Below, piece after piece: positions 60,851 to 64,000 of a stretch of 64,000 bases of DNA; the stretch's first letter is position 1, and each line of letters begins with the position of its first letter. The notes beneath the pieces are model-generated. The model ran no database searches. It was given only the letters and a program-made list of their open reading frames with translations, and had not been told where the DNA came from. The translations under genes and the position numbers were made by a program. Source of the stretch: Vicugna vicugna (taxonomy: Eukaryota); contig MU059829.1 in assembly GCA_013265495.1 (NCBI GenBank), forward strand, positions 4,112,409 to 4,176,408, read 5' to 3'.

Positions 60851-61739
60851 TCCAAAAATCTAACTCTTGAAACAGTGTTTTGGTGACTGTGGAATACTTT
60901 CTTCAGATGCTTTTTTGTTAAGTGTGTACAACTCTATTTCTAAGACTGCCATAGGGAAACCTACTAAACATCATTATCATCTTATAGTAAAATGTTAGCT
61001 GAAATCCACGTGTGAAAAATGTGCGAGTGCATCTCCAGACTTCATACCTGTTCGTTCACTTGTCAGGCAGCCCCACTCACCCAAGGCTGGGCTGGCTCCC
61101 CTGAGGGCACCGTGTGCTGCCCAGAAGCTGGGCTCTGTGGGGCCTTGGGGAGCACAGTTCACCCCACAGCAGCAGGTTCAAAGTGCAGGCTGTGCCGTCC
61201 ATATGGTGCCCTGGCCACTCTGAGTGCTTGGAATGTGACTGATCTAGACAGACTTGATTTGCCTGCCTCTCCTAAGCGCACCTACTAGAAAACGTTGCCT
61301 TCATGGGGCTCACAAGCTCTCTTTATTCACAGCTCTTGTTTGCACAGACATCCCTGACACTATCACCAACTCCTCTCTCCTCAGACCCCTTGGGGTTTGA
61401 GGTCCGGGATACAACTCGACCACCAGCCTGGGAAAGGGGACCCTTGCTTTTCAGGCTTCCAGAAGGCTTGCTTATGCCCCTGGGATCTGGTTAAGTGATC
61501 ACCGCTTTTCATGAGCTAGGCAGTTCAAATCGCATTGCCTCTCAAGATTATCTTTGCAAATGATTTTATTTAAAAAATTCTTATGAAGAATCCCTGTCAG
61601 TAATTTAGCAACTCCTCCCTGACATGAGTGGACCCCTGTCCTGGCACGTGGCATGTCTACCGTAGCTATGAGAGTGACTCACAGCAGGGTTTTCTCTGAA
61701 GGATGTCCTCACCCGTGTCTTCCTCCTGCTCACCATCAA

Positions 61740-61945
61740 TCACTCCTGGAACACTTTCTGCCCGTTACTGGTCTTTGGGGCCACAGGTCATGCCCCATCT
61801 GAATTCCCTCCTCTGTGTCCCCAAGAAGCCTTGTTCATACCTCACTTACAGAATTTACCACAGTCTGAATCATGGCCACCTTTGTGTCTTCACTGCGGGA
61901 TCATGACAGTGTCTGGCACAAAGCATTTCTTGACCACTGCAGGAT
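61740..61945 (+). mobile_element. L2 3' end fragment
   Basis: cctcctctgtgtccccaagaagcc...cagtgtctggcacaaagcatttcttgacc, running into a GGAT repeat. Confidence 0.5.
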
Positions 61946-62030
61946 GGACGGATGGACGGGCAGGTGGGTGGGTGGATGGATGGACAGATGGATGGACAGA
62001 TGGACGGATGGGTGGCTGGGTGGGTGGGGC
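61943..62030. repeat. (GGAT/GGAC/GGGT)n microsatellite
   Basis: ggatggacggatggacggg...ggatggatggacagatggatggacagatggacggatgggtgg. Confidence 0.9.
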
Positions 62031-63783
62031 ATGAATAAGCTTGGTATATAGATTAGAGAATTTAGATCATATTACTTCTACTTGACCATTCATAAACATT
62101 CTGAAATAAAATTATCCCCAAGGATCCGCATAGACGATTATTTTCTGTTTGTCCCTGGTGTCTGTTTTGTACCAGATCTCTCATCAGTGAAATGTACAAT
62201 TTAACGTTCCCAACTGAAGTTCTTAGAGACACAGCTGGCGACCCCTCAACCGTCTTAACCCTAAACACGAGGGGAGCTGTGCTTCTCTAACGTGTGTTTA
62301 TATACACAAATATGAACATTTATTCAGAGACGAGCATGCACCTTTCTCTAGGTACCCATGCGCCCCTCACTGTTGGACTTCCTCTGCCCTTACAGTTACC
62401 GTGAACCCTCTCTCAGTGGACTCCTAGGGAGCTGTCTTTCTTCTCGATTTCTTGGAAACAATGCAGCAAAGAGAGGCAAGGGACAAGATTTGCAGGGGAC
62501 ACGCTCTGAGTCAGACACAACACCAGGTTTTCACGCACTTCATTCCACTTCAGCCCTACCCCAACCGCCCCGGGTCGCGGTCTCTGATTATGCAGGGAGC
62601 TCAGCTCGGGCTCAGGGTGAAACGGGCTCCCAACGCCCAGAGGCAACAGGAGTCGAGGCTTCACGCAGAGCCTCTGGGAGCCCCACACCCTGCGCACCCG
62701 GATGACCGCACTGTCCAAGGGCGCCCGGGGTCACTCCCTCTTCGCACCCATCACGCCGTCTACACAGCAGTGTGAGGCTCACTGGAGCGACTGCCCCAGT
62801 TCCTTCGAATGAATCCAAGGGTTCTAGATACCGTAAGTGCTTACTTTTTAAAGTGGAGAATGAAAGAGCCGTGTTCTTTGTTCACAGGACTTGTCAAAAT
62901 CCAAAATTCAGCAAGACTTCACGCAGATTATGAAACCGGCTTTTATGCTGCTCCAGGCACATGTTTATTCATGTAGACTCTCAAAAAGAATTCAATAAAA
63001 GGCGTGCTCTGTCAGGGGCCACGGGGAAGATCAGCCCACGCGCCACTGCCCTCCCTCCTGCAGCCGCGCGCGCGGAGGGCTGCGAGACGCCCGGTGGCAG
63101 CACCCCACGTGACCCTGACGATCATCACCGGCACCTTCGGAAGCCGTGAAGCACGTGCCACCCGAACGCCGCGTGAGGCTACAGAAGAGACCCTGGAAGG
63201 CTCCTTCAAGCGCACGCTGGGGTTTGTTCATACAGCTATAACTGAGGTTCTGGGAAAGAACTCACGGCAGCCCAAGGCTGCAAGGGTAGACACGCTCAGG
63301 GGCGGCGTCAGCTTTCACGTAGGCTCATCCTCAAGCTCTCAGCCGTGGGAAACCCAGCCCACCCACAGCGCAGAGCGGAAGGCGCAGCCCGGTGGCCACG
63401 GGGACGCACCGTGGCTCCTCGGCCCGGAGCATGCCTTGGAAAACCAGTCCTCGAGGGAATGCTTCAAGCCCCCCGGGCTCAGAGGAGACAGAGGGCTGTT
63501 GACGGGCATGTTTCCAGGATTCCACTACTACACCAGTGACCTTCAAAAGCACGTCCCCACTCCTTCCTCGCCAGCCTGCCTGCCAGCAACACTGGGGCAG
63601 CGTTTCTCATTCAGCCACGTGGTGATGCTGCCTTAATTGCAGTTCCTGAAGTGATTTCAAACCCCGCAGTGGGTGTTGCGGAAGGTGTGCAAATGATGAG
63701 TCTTGCTTTAAGCAGAACGGCTCATCTCTCTTCCTTGCCTTGGAGTGAAGGAGCTATCGCACAGGTGCTCCAGCACAGCTCCT

Positions 63784-63797
63784 CCGCAAGGTGGCAC
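63784..63797 (+). promoter_or_regulatory. Candidate CTCF motif
   Basis: CCGCAAGGTGGCAC matches 13/14 positions of the CCRSYAGRKGGCRS core. Confidence 0.35.
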
Positions 63798-63909
63798 CTG
63801 CCCTCAGGTGACGCCCGAGCCAGCACGAGGCGTGCAGCCGTGAGGTTCCCTTGATTTTTTCAGGGGGTTTTCCGTGCCTTTGATGAAGACTTTTCACTCC
63901 TTAGGAAGA

Positions 63910-64000
63910 CATGTATGTACACACACACACACACTGCATGTGCACGTGTGTGCACACCTTGTGTGTGTGTTACATATGCACATGCATTATGTATCTGTGT
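63910..64000. repeat. (CA)n/(TG)n low-complexity repeat
   Basis: acacacacacacacac...gtgtgtgcacaccttgtgtgtgtgt. Confidence 0.85.

Noticed and set aside
200-62515. Multiple AP-1 heptamers (TGAGTCA/TGACTCA) across the window
   Set aside because: The count is not clearly above chance without a computed background.
1-64000. CRISPR arrays, prokaryotic or viral gene cassettes, rRNA or snoRNA genes
   Set aside because: None seen. The composition and repeats are uniformly mammalian, and the tandem arrays have no unique spacers.

Overview
Mammalian genomic DNA, very GC-rich and unusually CpG-retaining, resembling a subtelomeric isochore. It is probably camelid: a tRNA-derived SINE at about 57.9-58.0 kb resembles the camelid Vic-1 type as I recall it, and a cetartiodactyl-type L1 3' end lies at about 60.5 kb. 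I recognise no protein-coding gene. The long ORFs look like chance GC-rich frames, and the only recognisable protein remnants are decayed L1 ORF1/ORF2. The window looks intronic, intergenic or lncRNA-like. It contains a CpG-island-like promoter at about 21-22.7 kb built around a GC-box minisatellite that spans a 59-N assembly gap. It also holds many old transposon fossils (L1M, L2, MIR, MLT1, MER91A), an intact ERV solo LTR with a 4-bp TSD, several simple or Z-DNA repeats, and AT-rich non-repeat islands with HNF1/HNF4/CDX-like motifs that look like enhancers. The most striking pattern is that ancient repeats appear to have drifted A/T to G/C and gained CpGs, consistent with GC-biased gene conversion. 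Repeat-family calls come from recalled consensus sequences, not database searches. I found no convincing novel biological system.
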